Below are positions 10,578-19,186 of a DNA stretch of 64,000 nt, piece by piece. Source of the DNA: Micavibrio sp. UBA6929. Lineage in GTDB: Bacteria > Pseudomonadota > Alphaproteobacteria > Micavibrionales > Micavibrionaceae. A model generated the notes under the pieces. The model had not been told where the DNA came from. It saw only the letters and a program-made list of their open reading frames with translations, and made no database searches. The position numbers and the translations under genes were made by a program. How positions within the stretch are numbered: the stretch's first letter is position 1; each line of letters begins with the position of its first letter. The stretch covers positions 175,892 through 239,891 of the forward strand of contig DKAJ01000003.1 of the NCBI GenBank assembly GCA_002448815.1. The letters run 5' to 3'.

Positions 10578-11049
10578 GCTTTTTTATATTGTGCGTCGTG
10601 GCTCGCGTATATTGCGCTCAGCCAAGTGGCATATGCTTGTTGCACAATGCGGTAAGCGCTTTTGGGTGTTTGGACGCATTCGTATGGACATGCCTGAAAA
10701 GATTTATATCGGTGATCGCGTTAGTTTGAACGATGGCGTGTTTTTAATTGGCCGTGATGAGATACGCCTTGGTCATGGCGTGACATTGTCGCCGCATGTA
10801 TTGGTGACCTCGGCCAGTATGGATGTGCATCAAGGCTTGCCGCCATATCCGCGTGCCACAGGGCCGGTTGTGCTGGAAGACGGCGTTTGGGTTGGCGCGG
10901 GGGCGATTGTTTTACCAGGTGTCACGATAGGCAGAAATGCCGTTATCGCCGCAGGGTCTGTGGTCAATAAAGACGTGCCAGCAGGGCATCTTTATGGCGG
11001 TGTTCCCGCAAAAATGATTAAGAAAATTCACGATAAGGACGCGGCATAG
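10552..11049 (+). CDS. left-handed beta-helix (hexapeptide-repeat) O-acetyltransferase, WcaF/LacA-like
   Basis: Hexapeptide repeats [33 protein letters not shown] followed by GGVPAK. It overlaps the upstream sulfotransferase by 26 nt. Confidence 0.8.
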   Translation: MMLKKLALRLFYIVRRGSRILRSAKWHMLVAQCGKRFWVFGRIRMDMPEKIYIGDRVSLNDGVFLIGRDEIRLGHGVTLSPHVLVTSASMDVHQGLPPYPRATGPVVLEDGVWVGAGAIVLPGVTIGRNAVIAAGSVVNKDVPAGHLYGGVPAKMIKKIHDKDAA

Positions 11050-11050
11050 T

Positions 11051-12121
11051 ATGGGCGTAAAACTGGATCATGTGCGTGACTTACATGGTGATCCGGCCTC
11101 GCCGATGAAGTGGCCAAATTCTGCCGCGGTGTTTAATGATGGCCGCATTGCGGTTGCGGATAGTGGCCATAACCGCGCCACGGTTTTAACGCCTGACGGT
11201 GATATGATCTGGCAGGGCGGGCAGCAAGGATTTTCAACGGGTGACCTGCGCGAGCCGATCTATGTCTTTGTTACGCCAGATCAATATTTATTGGTTTCTG
11301 ATTGGCACAATCATCGCTTTTGCGTGTATCGTCCAGACTTATCCGTGTCTCATGTTTTGGGGCATCTTGGGCGTTTGTCGCCCGTGCGCGGCGTGCGTGA
11401 TGGCGTGCGTTTATGTTTATCGTTTTTGAGTAATTTGGCCATCGAATATGTGGGGGCGCCTTATTATTTTACGCCCTCTAAAATGAAAAATGGCCGCCCT
11501 GAAAAGCCTAAACGATCACTGAAAATGTTGATCTGGGGTATGTGGCATTATGCGCGCAACTGGCCAGAATTAAAGGCGATTTTTACAGATACGCGCACCG
11601 CAATGATGAAACCTAATGGCGCCGTTTTTCGTGATGGTCATTTGATTGTTGCACAAAAAGGACATCAATGTTTATCCGAATATAAGGTCGCGAATGACTG
11701 GCGTGATTTGGACTTGGTGCGTCATGTTAAAGACTTTAATGGCGGCGATACATTTTTGCGTCTTTGTAATATGAGCCAAGATCCGCAAGACCGCATTTAT
11801 GTGTGTGATCAAAAACGATGGCGCATTGTCGTGTTTGATAAGGACTTGAATTATCACTCAGAAATAACGTTCGCGGATGATGGGCGCTATCCCGATGGGC
11901 CGTTTAGCTGCGCTGTGTTAAATGCGGATTACATTGCTGTGGCGATTGGTTTTAAGGTCGAGGTGCGCGCCCTGGACGGCGGGCAGGTTGTTGCCGAGTT
12001 GGATGGCTTTGGCGAAACGCACGGCATAACGTGGGATGAGGCGCGTCAATATTTGTATTTTGTTGATCGCAGTGAATCGTGCTTGCGTCAAATCAAAGTG
12101 ACCTTTGGGGAGGAGCGCTAA
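11051..12121 (+). CDS. NHL-repeat-like beta-propeller protein, function unknown
   Basis: Recurrent NHL-type motifs: VADSGHNRATVL, VSDWHNHRFCVY, VCDQKRWRIVVFD and VDRSESCLRQI. No signal peptide seen. Confidence 0.55.
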   Translation: MGVKLDHVRDLHGDPASPMKWPNSAAVFNDGRIAVADSGHNRATVLTPDGDMIWQGGQQGFSTGDLREPIYVFVTPDQYLLVSDWHNHRFCVYRPDLSVSHVLGHLGRLSPVRGVRDGVRLCLSFLSNLAIEYVGAPYYFTPSKMKNGRPEKPKRSLKMLIWGMWHYARNWPELKAIFTDTRTAMMKPNGAVFRDGHLIVAQKGHQCLSEYKVANDWRDLDLVRHVKDFNGGDTFLRLCNMSQDPQDRIYVCDQKRWRIVVFDKDLNYHSEITFADDGRYPDGPFSCAVLNADYIAVAIGFKVEVRALDGGQVVAELDGFGETHGITWDEARQYLYFVDRSESCLRQIKVTFGEER

Positions 12122-13980
12122 TGTGCGGGATCTTTGGTCAGCTTAAATTAGGTGGTTTTTCCCAAGAAGAGGCGCGCCGCGCACTCAACAGTCTTGCACA
12201 CCGTGGCCCTGATCAGTGGAGTGACTGGGACGATGAGCATGTTTATTGCGGTCATCGCCGCCTGAGTATCATGGATCTTAGCGAAGCAGGCCGTCAGCCG
12301 ATGATTGGCCATGGCGTGATTTTGACGGTCAATGGTGAGATTTGGAATTTTATGGAACTGCGCGAAGAGCTGATTGCGCAAGGGTATAAATTTAATAGCC
12401 AGTCCGATAGCGAAGTTCTTCTTCACGGGTATCATGCGTGGGGTTGGGATCGTCTTCTTGAGCGTATTGATGGCATGTATGCTTTCAGTATCTATGATAC
12501 GAATTTGGGTAAATTATGCATTGCGCGTGATCGCTTTGGTATTAAACCGCTTTATTACGCGGCGGGAAATTTTGGGTTTGGATATGCGTCTGAGGTGAAA
12601 GCGCTTTTTGAATGGCGCGATGAATTGCGCTGTTTTTCCTTGAACGGGGTGCGTGATTGGCTCCTGTACAGAGGGGGGCAATCAGGCCTGACGCCCTATT
12701 ATCAAATTGTAAAATTACTGCCGGGACATTCGATCTGCGTTGATGTGCGAAGTGGTGATGTTGACGTGCGAAAATACTATGACGTGGTTGATCATATTGG
12801 CGATAAAAAGTCGGATCCAAATGATTTGCCTGACGTTTTTGAGGAGGCCGTTTCACGCAGGTTGATGGCAGATGTTCCCGTTGGATTGCAGCTTAGCGGC
12901 GGGGTGGATTCTTCGTTGGTTGGCCATGCAATGCATAAATTATACGATACGGATCAGATAAATTCTTTTTCTGTTGGTTTTGATGCCGAAAATGAGGCGC
13001 ATTTATCGGAAGAACCGTTTGCGCGCTATGTCGCCGATAAATATGGTTTTACGCATCATCAGTATAATATTAACCGCAAGATGATCGCCGAAAATTTTGA
13101 GCATGTCTTGTGGCTTGCGGATGGGATGCTGGATTATCCTAATACGGTGCCGATTTATTTGTTAAGCCGCTATGCCAAGCAAAATGTTACGGTTCAGTTG
13201 ACTGGCGAGGGCGCTGATGAGCTGTTTGCAGGGTATACCAAGTTTAAGAAGATGGCTGGTTTGTCGTCTGGTGGTTCCCTTGAGAAAATGATGCCAGATG
13301 GTGTGATTGATGCGATTGGGAATATGGATGCACGTGTGGGACGCATGTTGCATTTGCGTAAACACTACACAAAACAAAACGCCGTGATCCTTAATAGCTT
13401 GAACAGTTATATATCTGCATCCACAGTTGAGCAAATGTTTGGTCCTCATGAGGGGCATTTGTTGCGCGGCGATACGTGCGCGGCGCTGAAAGAATTTTCA
13501 TTTTCGCGGCAATTGATTTTGGCTGATCATAAGACATATCTTGTCGCCGTTTTAGAGCGTCAGGATAAATCGTCGATGGGCGCTGCGATCGAAAGTCGCG
13601 TTCCATTTTTGGATCGTAATTTGATCGAATGGGCGATGAATTTAGATGAAGATATTTTGTTCGGCGCAGATGAAACGAAAAAGATTTTGAAGGATTATGC
13701 AGCCGATATTTTTTCACATGATTTTGCGTACCGTAAAAAAGTTGGTTTTCCTTTGCCGCTTAAAAACTGGATGGAAAGTGATGCTGGTCTGAAGCCGTTT
13801 CGGGATAAAATTTATCAAAGCGATTTTTTGCTGAGTGAATATTTTATGCATTATAAGAAAAAATCATTTGATCATATTTTGCTGCATTACGGGGATAGTG
13901 AAAGCCAGTGGGTTGAGTATTTCATGATGGTCTTGCGAAGTGCACAGGATGTGTTTGGTATTCGTGAGGTGCGCCCATGA
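12121..13980 (+). CDS. glutamine-hydrolysing asparagine synthase family amidotransferase (EPS/O-antigen type, WbpS-like)
   Basis: MCGIFG N-terminus carries the Cys2 Ntn nucleophile. SGGVDSS PP-loop. The ATG at 12121 overlaps the upstream stop (TAATG), whereas the ORF-track start at 12079 lies inside the previous gene. Confidence 0.85.
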   Translation: MCGIFGQLKLGGFSQEEARRALNSLAHRGPDQWSDWDDEHVYCGHRRLSIMDLSEAGRQPMIGHGVILTVNGEIWNFMELREELIAQGYKFNSQSDSEVLLHGYHAWGWDRLLERIDGMYAFSIYDTNLGKLCIARDRFGIKPLYYAAGNFGFGYASEVKALFEWRDELRCFSLNGVRDWLLYRGGQSGLTPYYQIVKLLPGHSICVDVRSGDVDVRKYYDVVDHIGDKKSDPNDLPDVFEEAVSRRLMADVPVGLQLSGGVDSSLVGHAMHKLYDTDQINSFSVGFDAENEAHLSEEPFARYVADKYGFTHHQYNINRKMIAENFEHVLWLADGMLDYPNTVPIYLLSRYAKQNVTVQLTGEGADELFAGYTKFKKMAGLSSGGSLEKMMPDGVIDAIGNMDARVGRMLHLRKHYTKQNAVILNSLNSYISASTVEQMFGPHEGHLLRGDTCAALKEFSFSRQLILADHKTYLVAVLERQDKSSMGAAIESRVPFLDRNLIEWAMNLDEDILFGADETKKILKDYAADIFSHDFAYRKKVGFPLPLKNWMESDAGLKPFRDKIYQSDFLLSEYFMHYKKKSFDHILLHYGDSESQWVEYFMMVLRSAQDVFGIREVRP

Positions 13981-15212
13981 GCAACGTGTCCCGCGCGGAT
14001 ATTTCGTTCTTTTTACACCTTGGGTACTTCCCGGGTTATGCGGATGCGTTGCCACTGGATTACTCGGGGGTTGATCCATCGCGTTATGTGGGGTTGGATG
14101 AGCAAGCCCTGATGGATGAGGGGATGCGCCTGTTTCGTAAGGCGATCGAAGATGACTTTGTCACTGGCGCGCGTCATGTTGTGCCGATCAGCGGCGGTTT
14201 GGATAGTCGTGCGATTTTATGCGCGCTTCGTGAGTTTACGGATGCGGGCAATATTGAGACATATACGTTTGGCACGCCTGGCAGTTATGACTATGAGTTC
14301 GGCGCACAGGTTGCGCGCGCGGCGAGTGTGCGGCATCAGGCCATTGATTTAACGCAGGTATCTTGGCAGGCGGATGAGCTTTTGGAAAATGCGCGGCGTA
14401 ATGATGCCCAAACATTTTTATTTCATCATGTGCCGATTTCCCTGCTGGAGCCTTATAGCGATGCGTTGATATGGTCGGGGTATATTGGGGATGCGGTTGT
14501 CGGCGGTCATCTAAAGGCCGAGCCAGCACTGTCTTTGGAGCAAGCCAAGGGGCGCTATTTGAAAAAACGCGCCGAGGTTAAGTCGATGGTGATGCATGAC
14601 GGCGATGTTGGCGGTATGTCGGCGCATGTTGGTGGGGGCTTTGCCTCGCCAGATGTGTTGAGCTTCGATGAGCAGGTCTTGTTTGCAGAGGTTGGTAAAT
14701 TGGTTGCACCGCATGTTTTGATTAAGGGTTTTTCTTATAAAACGCCGTTTATTAATAATGATTTTTGGCGATGGGGCCTGAGTATTGATGGGCGCTGGCG
14801 CCGTGATCGTAATTTATTTATTGCGATGATGCGCCGTGCGTATCCCGATGTGTTTGATGTGCCTAATAAACCGAATTTTGGTTTGTCTTATAGTGCGTCA
14901 CGATCACAAGTGTTTGCGGCGCGTTTAAAAAACAAAATACTACATAAGGGCATTGAGGTGATGCCATTTATCAATTGGCCATCATCGCCGAATACGAATT
15001 TTATCGATTTTTCAAAATTGGTACGTGAGCGCGAAGATTTGAAAAATATGTCATATGCATTTTTGCAGGCATTAAAGGCGCGCGATATTGTGACGTGGTT
15101 GGATATTGATGTGATTTGGGAAACGCATTTTTCGCGGCGTAAAAATTGCGGTGATGCGATTGCATTATTGGTGTCGTTAGAAGCAAATTTACAGGTCAAA
15201 GAAGAGGGGTGA
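13977..15212 (+). CDS. asparagine-synthase synthetase-domain-only paralogue (PP-loop ATP pyrophosphatase), no glutaminase domain
   Basis: VVPISGGLDSRAIL PP-loop about 70 aa from the N-terminus, with no Cys2. ATGA overlap with the preceding AsnB-like gene. Confidence 0.6.
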   Translation: MSNVSRADISFFLHLGYFPGYADALPLDYSGVDPSRYVGLDEQALMDEGMRLFRKAIEDDFVTGARHVVPISGGLDSRAILCALREFTDAGNIETYTFGTPGSYDYEFGAQVARAASVRHQAIDLTQVSWQADELLENARRNDAQTFLFHHVPISLLEPYSDALIWSGYIGDAVVGGHLKAEPALSLEQAKGRYLKKRAEVKSMVMHDGDVGGMSAHVGGGFASPDVLSFDEQVLFAEVGKLVAPHVLIKGFSYKTPFINNDFWRWGLSIDGRWRRDRNLFIAMMRRAYPDVFDVPNKPNFGLSYSASRSQVFAARLKNKILHKGIEVMPFINWPSSPNTNFIDFSKLVREREDLKNMSYAFLQALKARDIVTWLDIDVIWETHFSRRKNCGDAIALLVSLEANLQVKEEG

Positions 15213-15215
15213 AAA

Positions 15216-16301
15216 ATGCGTCTTTTTTATGCCTCAGGATCCTTGATTCCATCTGATCGTGCGAACAGTGTTCATGTCATGAAAATGTGTCAGGCCTTTG
15301 CAAAAAATGGATGTGATGTCACGTTGTTTGCCAAACGTGGTGGGTGTGAAAATCCATTTGATTTTTACGGCGTTGATTCGATTTTTTCGTATGTTTTTTC
15401 GCCTTTCAAAAACGGCATTTTTCGTCTTGTTGATCAGGCCTATCAATTTTTAAAATTGCCAAAACCTGATATTTGTTATGGGCGAGACCCTTGGCTTTTG
15501 GCATGGATGTCTTTGTTTTGTCCGGTGGTTTTAGAGCTTCATGAGGTTCCATCTGGGTTGCAGGGCAGGGTGGTGAAATGGCTGTTTTTGAAAAATAAAA
15601 CAAAACTTATCGTATGTATTTCAAAGTCTTTGCTATCAGATGTTTTGGCCTTTTTGGGCTCCTCAGATGAGGCGCGTTTTGTTGTTGCGCATGATGGCGC
15701 AGATATTCATGAAAACGTAACGGTTGGTATTTTAAAGGACGTTAAGCCTGCTGTTGGTTACGTTGGGTCGCTTCTTCCCGGGAAGGGCGCGGAGGTTTTG
15801 GTTGATCTTGCCGCGCGTATGCCAGAGATTTCGTTTCACATTGTTGGCGGTTCTCGGCAGCAAATTGATGAATTGAGGATACGTGAAAAAGGTGGTGATG
15901 TCCACTATCATGGGCATGTTTCTCATGGTGATTTGAGTCAGTATATTTCTGGTTTTGATGTTGTTGTTGCACCTTATCAAAAAGATATGTCGCTGCGCAC
16001 TGGTGTGAATATTTCACGATGGATTTCACCCTTAAAATTGTTTGAATATATGGCCGCGAAAAAGCCAATTATTTGTAGTGATCTTTCTGTGCTGCGTGAG
16101 GTGATGGAGCATGAAAAAAATTGCCTTTTGGTGGCGCCAGATAATTTGGATGAGTGGCAAAATGCGATCACACGTTTGGTGAATGATGAAGCGTTAAAAG
16201 TGCGCTTGTCAGATCAGGCGCTAGCCGATTTGAAAGAGCATTATACATGGGATAAACGTGCGAAAAATATTCTTGGTGCTGTGACAAAGGCATTGATGTG
16301 A
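15216..16301 (+). CDS. GT4-family (GT-B) glycosyltransferase
   Basis: 361 aa. The C-terminal half carries an EX7E-like region: PLKLFEYMAAKKPIICSDLSVLREVMEHEKN. Confidence 0.8.
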   Translation: MRLFYASGSLIPSDRANSVHVMKMCQAFAKNGCDVTLFAKRGGCENPFDFYGVDSIFSYVFSPFKNGIFRLVDQAYQFLKLPKPDICYGRDPWLLAWMSLFCPVVLELHEVPSGLQGRVVKWLFLKNKTKLIVCISKSLLSDVLAFLGSSDEARFVVAHDGADIHENVTVGILKDVKPAVGYVGSLLPGKGAEVLVDLAARMPEISFHIVGGSRQQIDELRIREKGGDVHYHGHVSHGDLSQYISGFDVVVAPYQKDMSLRTGVNISRWISPLKLFEYMAAKKPIICSDLSVLREVMEHEKNCLLVAPDNLDEWQNAITRLVNDEALKVRLSDQALADLKEHYTWDKRAKNILGAVTKALM

Positions 16302-16315
16302 TTTACACTTGATTC

Positions 16316-17626
16316 ATGATTCGCATTTCTCGTGCACTTATTCTTACATTGTTGGCTTCTTCTTATATGGCAATGCCCGCGCATGCGCAGGACGCAAAGC
16401 CCGCTTGGGAGCGTTTTGGCTTTAAGGATGACTCGACCAACAAAGGTAAATTGCGCGCCGTTGATCCGGGTGTATTGACGACGTCGCCTTTCCATTGGCG
16501 AGGTTTTAAGATTTATGCGCGGATGGATACCGAGGAAGAATATAACGATAATATTTATGCGACCGAGGATGATGCGGACGCGGATTTTATTACGCGGTTT
16601 AAGCCTAGCGCGACTGTTGTCAAAGATGTTGGCCGTCATCAGTTTACTGTCAGTGCTAAAGGCGAGATGGAACGCTATGCGGATTCGCCCGATGAAAATA
16701 CCATTGATGGTGAGGCGCAATTTGGCGGCGTTTTAGAAGCGTATCGCAGTTTTGTTATTCCATTTAATGTGACGCACGGCGTCTATCATACAGACCGCGC
16801 TAAGGTGCGCGGCACCAGTTTTGGCGCGCTGACGCGCAAGCCTGTTGAGTATAGCGAGACCACCGCCGAAGCGGGATTTCGTTATCAGCCTAATCGTTTA
16901 GGGTTGTCGGTTATGGGACGCGCAGGGCAGACCCGTTATAAAAATGGGGTGTCGAACTCTGGCGCGGAGGCTATCTATAAAGATGGTGATTTTGACCAGA
17001 ATGAAATTGATGCGCGCCTGTCTTATGCGACGCAAACTTCTTTCGAGCCTTATGTGCAGGTTAAGTGGACTGACCAGAATATGAAGAACCGCGAATATGT
17101 TGCGGGTAGCGGTTTTACTGGTAATGACCGCAGTAATAAGAGCTTTTTAGCGCGCCTTGGATCGACCTTTGATTATAAGGGGCTGGTGACTGGTTTTTTA
17201 AGTATTGGCCGTGAAAATCGCACATACGATCAAAGTAACATTGATGATGCATCAAGCTTGTCTTTTGCAGGTGCGGTGCAGTTGATTTTAAATCCAAAAT
17301 GGAAATTAAATTTGGATGCTGGCGTTTCTACGGCAGAGGATACATTGATTAAGGCAGGCATGAAAAAGCGTGGCTTTGGCATTGGTTTGGATTATGAATT
17401 GCAGCAAGACTTGTTTGCAACGCTTGGCGTGAATTATAACGAGGATGAATTTACCAGCCTTGTCCGTACAGATGAAACGTGGGAGCTTGGCGGTGGTATG
17501 CGCTATGTGATTAGTCCGCGCCTGTCTTTGAGCGCAGAATACTTAAACCGTATGCGCGATAGTGATGCGGCAGATGCGGATTTGGATAATCATATGGTTA
17601 TCTTGCGTCTGAGTGGCGCCCTTTAA
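16316..17626 (+). CDS. outer-membrane beta-barrel protein associated with the glycan locus (BBP2/OmpL-like)
   Basis: Signal peptide MIRISRALILTLLASSYMAMPAHA/QD. EEYNDNIYAT motif. Alternating amphipathic strands rich in Y/G/R run to the C-terminus. Confidence 0.55.
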   Translation: MIRISRALILTLLASSYMAMPAHAQDAKPAWERFGFKDDSTNKGKLRAVDPGVLTTSPFHWRGFKIYARMDTEEEYNDNIYATEDDADADFITRFKPSATVVKDVGRHQFTVSAKGEMERYADSPDENTIDGEAQFGGVLEAYRSFVIPFNVTHGVYHTDRAKVRGTSFGALTRKPVEYSETTAEAGFRYQPNRLGLSVMGRAGQTRYKNGVSNSGAEAIYKDGDFDQNEIDARLSYATQTSFEPYVQVKWTDQNMKNREYVAGSGFTGNDRSNKSFLARLGSTFDYKGLVTGFLSIGRENRTYDQSNIDDASSLSFAGAVQLILNPKWKLNLDAGVSTAEDTLIKAGMKKRGFGIGLDYELQQDLFATLGVNYNEDEFTSLVRTDETWELGGGMRYVISPRLSLSAEYLNRMRDSDAADADLDNHMVILRLSGAL

Positions 17627-18357
17627 TTCTTTATCATATCAATTTGAATATGCCATGTGATGCGACCATTATGAGCTGCGTCGCAATAGGTGTATGCATG
17701 CTTGATTTGTGAATGCGTTAGGGGCGTGTAATCGGGGTGAGGGGTTGCCGCGCCTGTTGTGCGCATTGATCTTAGGAAGTTGAGCGTCGATCCATATTCT
17801 TGCGGAATAGTGATGTGTGATATTTTGCCGCGTGTTGATTGGAAGGGGTGCAACCCACTTTGATATCCACAATGTGCGAGGCTATTGCGCCATTCTGGGA
17901 AGCAGTTTTCGGCCGGACGACTGGTGAGGATTGTTCCCGAAGGCGCGAGGATGCTCTGCCACGCGTCATAGCATCCCTGAATATCGTCCAGCCATTGCAC
18001 GGTCATATTGCTGATGATTAGGTCAAAGGTTTGACCTTGCAGCGGGGTAATGTCCTCCCCGTTAAGGTGCATTGTTTCGATATGTGAAGTGTTGCTTATT
18101 TTACGCTGCACTTCGTGGAGCATTTCTGGCGTGACATCGGTTGCGGTGATGTGGGCGCTAGGGAAGCGCGCCGATAATAGATGCGTTAGATTGCCTGTGC
18201 CGCAGCCAATTTCAAGGATGCGTTTTGGCGTTGTGCCTTTTGGCAGTGCGCTGAGTAACTCTTGCGCGACCGCCTGTTGCAACGTGCTTTGTTCGCCGTA
18301 TTGTTTGGCGAAACGACCAAAGTTTGTGATGATTTTGCGCGCGTGTGTGTCTGGCAT
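17623..18357 (-). CDS. bioC: malonyl-[ACP] O-methyltransferase
   Basis: FGRFAKQYGEQSTLQQAVAQELL and the SAM motif ILEIGCGTGNLT. I chose the start at MPDT (18357), 2 nt after the upstream stop. The longer ORF-track N-terminus overlaps the upstream gene. Confidence 0.7.
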   Translation of the reverse strand: MPDTHARKIITNFGRFAKQYGEQSTLQQAVAQELLSALPKGTTPKRILEIGCGTGNLTHLLSARFPSAHITATDVTPEMLHEVQRKISNTSHIETMHLNGEDITPLQGQTFDLIISNMTVQWLDDIQGCYDAWQSILAPSGTILTSRPAENCFPEWRNSLAHCGYQSGLHPFQSTRGKISHITIPQEYGSTLNFLRSMRTTGAATPHPDYTPLTHSQIKHAYTYCDAAHNGRITWHIQIDMIKN

Positions 18358-18359
18358 AG

Positions 18360-19013
18360 TTAAAGGTTGTTGTCTTTGATCCATGCTTTGATTTGCTTTT
18401 TGCACCATTGTGGGTGGCTGAGTGGCAGCGCGTGCCCTGCATCGGGGTTGGTGATAAGAGTGTGTCCGTCCCAATGGGGCATCATTTTATCAATTTTGCA
18501 GATTCGGTCTTTGTCACCTGTTAGAACAAGGACAGGGCAATTGAGCGAGGCAAGCTCGATCTGGCCGTCCCAACGTTGCAGCCAGTCTAGCCCTTCGTGC
18601 AGGCGCTGCGTGTTCCAGAAGTCTGTTTGATGTGCCTGTGATTCGCAGTCGGCCTGTTTTAAAAAGCGCTGCATTTGCGCATGTGGGTTGTCCTTGAGTG
18701 CCTTTTGCATGGCCTGCAAGATGTGTTTATCACTGAAGGTTGTGAAATTGTGGAAGCTATTGATGAAGACCATACCGCGGCGCGGGTAAATGCCGTTTTT
18801 TAAGGCCCACAGCCCGCCCAGAGAGTGGGTGATAAGGAAATCTGCGCTGGGGCTGGTTGGGTTTTTATTGGCAGGTTCGCTGGTGAAATTTAAATCTGTT
18901 GTGGTGCTTTGAAAGGCATCTAGCTCACCTTGCAGTTTATGCCAGAAACGCGGCGACATGCCCCATCCGTGGATGAAGTTTATTGTTGGTGATTTTTTTA
19001 TCCCGAATTGCAT
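18360..19013 (-). CDS. small alpha/beta hydrolase, probable pimeloyl-[ACP] methyl ester esterase (BioH-like)
   Basis: HGWG oxyanion region, nucleophile elbow HSLGG, then GDKD and GHALP, consistent with a Ser-Asp-His triad. Immediately upstream of bioC. Confidence 0.6.
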   Translation of the reverse strand: MQFGIKKSPTINFIHGWGMSPRFWHKLQGELDAFQSTTTDLNFTSEPANKNPTSPSADFLITHSLGGLWALKNGIYPRRGMVFINSFHNFTTFSDKHILQAMQKALKDNPHAQMQRFLKQADCESQAHQTDFWNTQRLHEGLDWLQRWDGQIELASLNCPVLVLTGDKDRICKIDKMMPHWDGHTLITNPDAGHALPLSHPQWCKKQIKAWIKDNNL

Positions 19014-19067
19014 GCTGTTATTTCTAGGGCTTTCTGGTTATAAAATCCATATCATCTGATAAAAAAT

Positions 19068-19111
19068 TTGACAGAATTCTTCCGTAATGATAAAAACCAT
19101 GCATTACGGAA
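19068..19111 (+). promoter_or_regulatory. sigma70-like promoter (TTGACA-17 nt-TAAAAA) overlapped by a 10-bp perfect inverted repeat, upstream of the giant adhesin gene
   Basis: TTGACA at 19068-19073. TTCCGTAATG (19080-19089) and CATTACGGAA (19102-19111) are exact reverse complements separated by 12 nt. Confidence 0.4.
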
Positions 19112-19186
19112 AATTAACAAGATATTAATGGTGCAAATGCACTGGTTAATTAAAGCACTGAAATAACGTGCAGGTAGAGGTGTAAA

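Noticed and set aside
12121-15212. AsnB homologues as lasso-peptide cyclases (a RiPP cluster).
   Set aside because: The first protein retains the Cys2 glutaminase nucleophile typical of true amidotransferases. I saw no B-type transglutaminase protease, short precursor ORF or ABC exporter. The neighbours are glycan-assembly genes.
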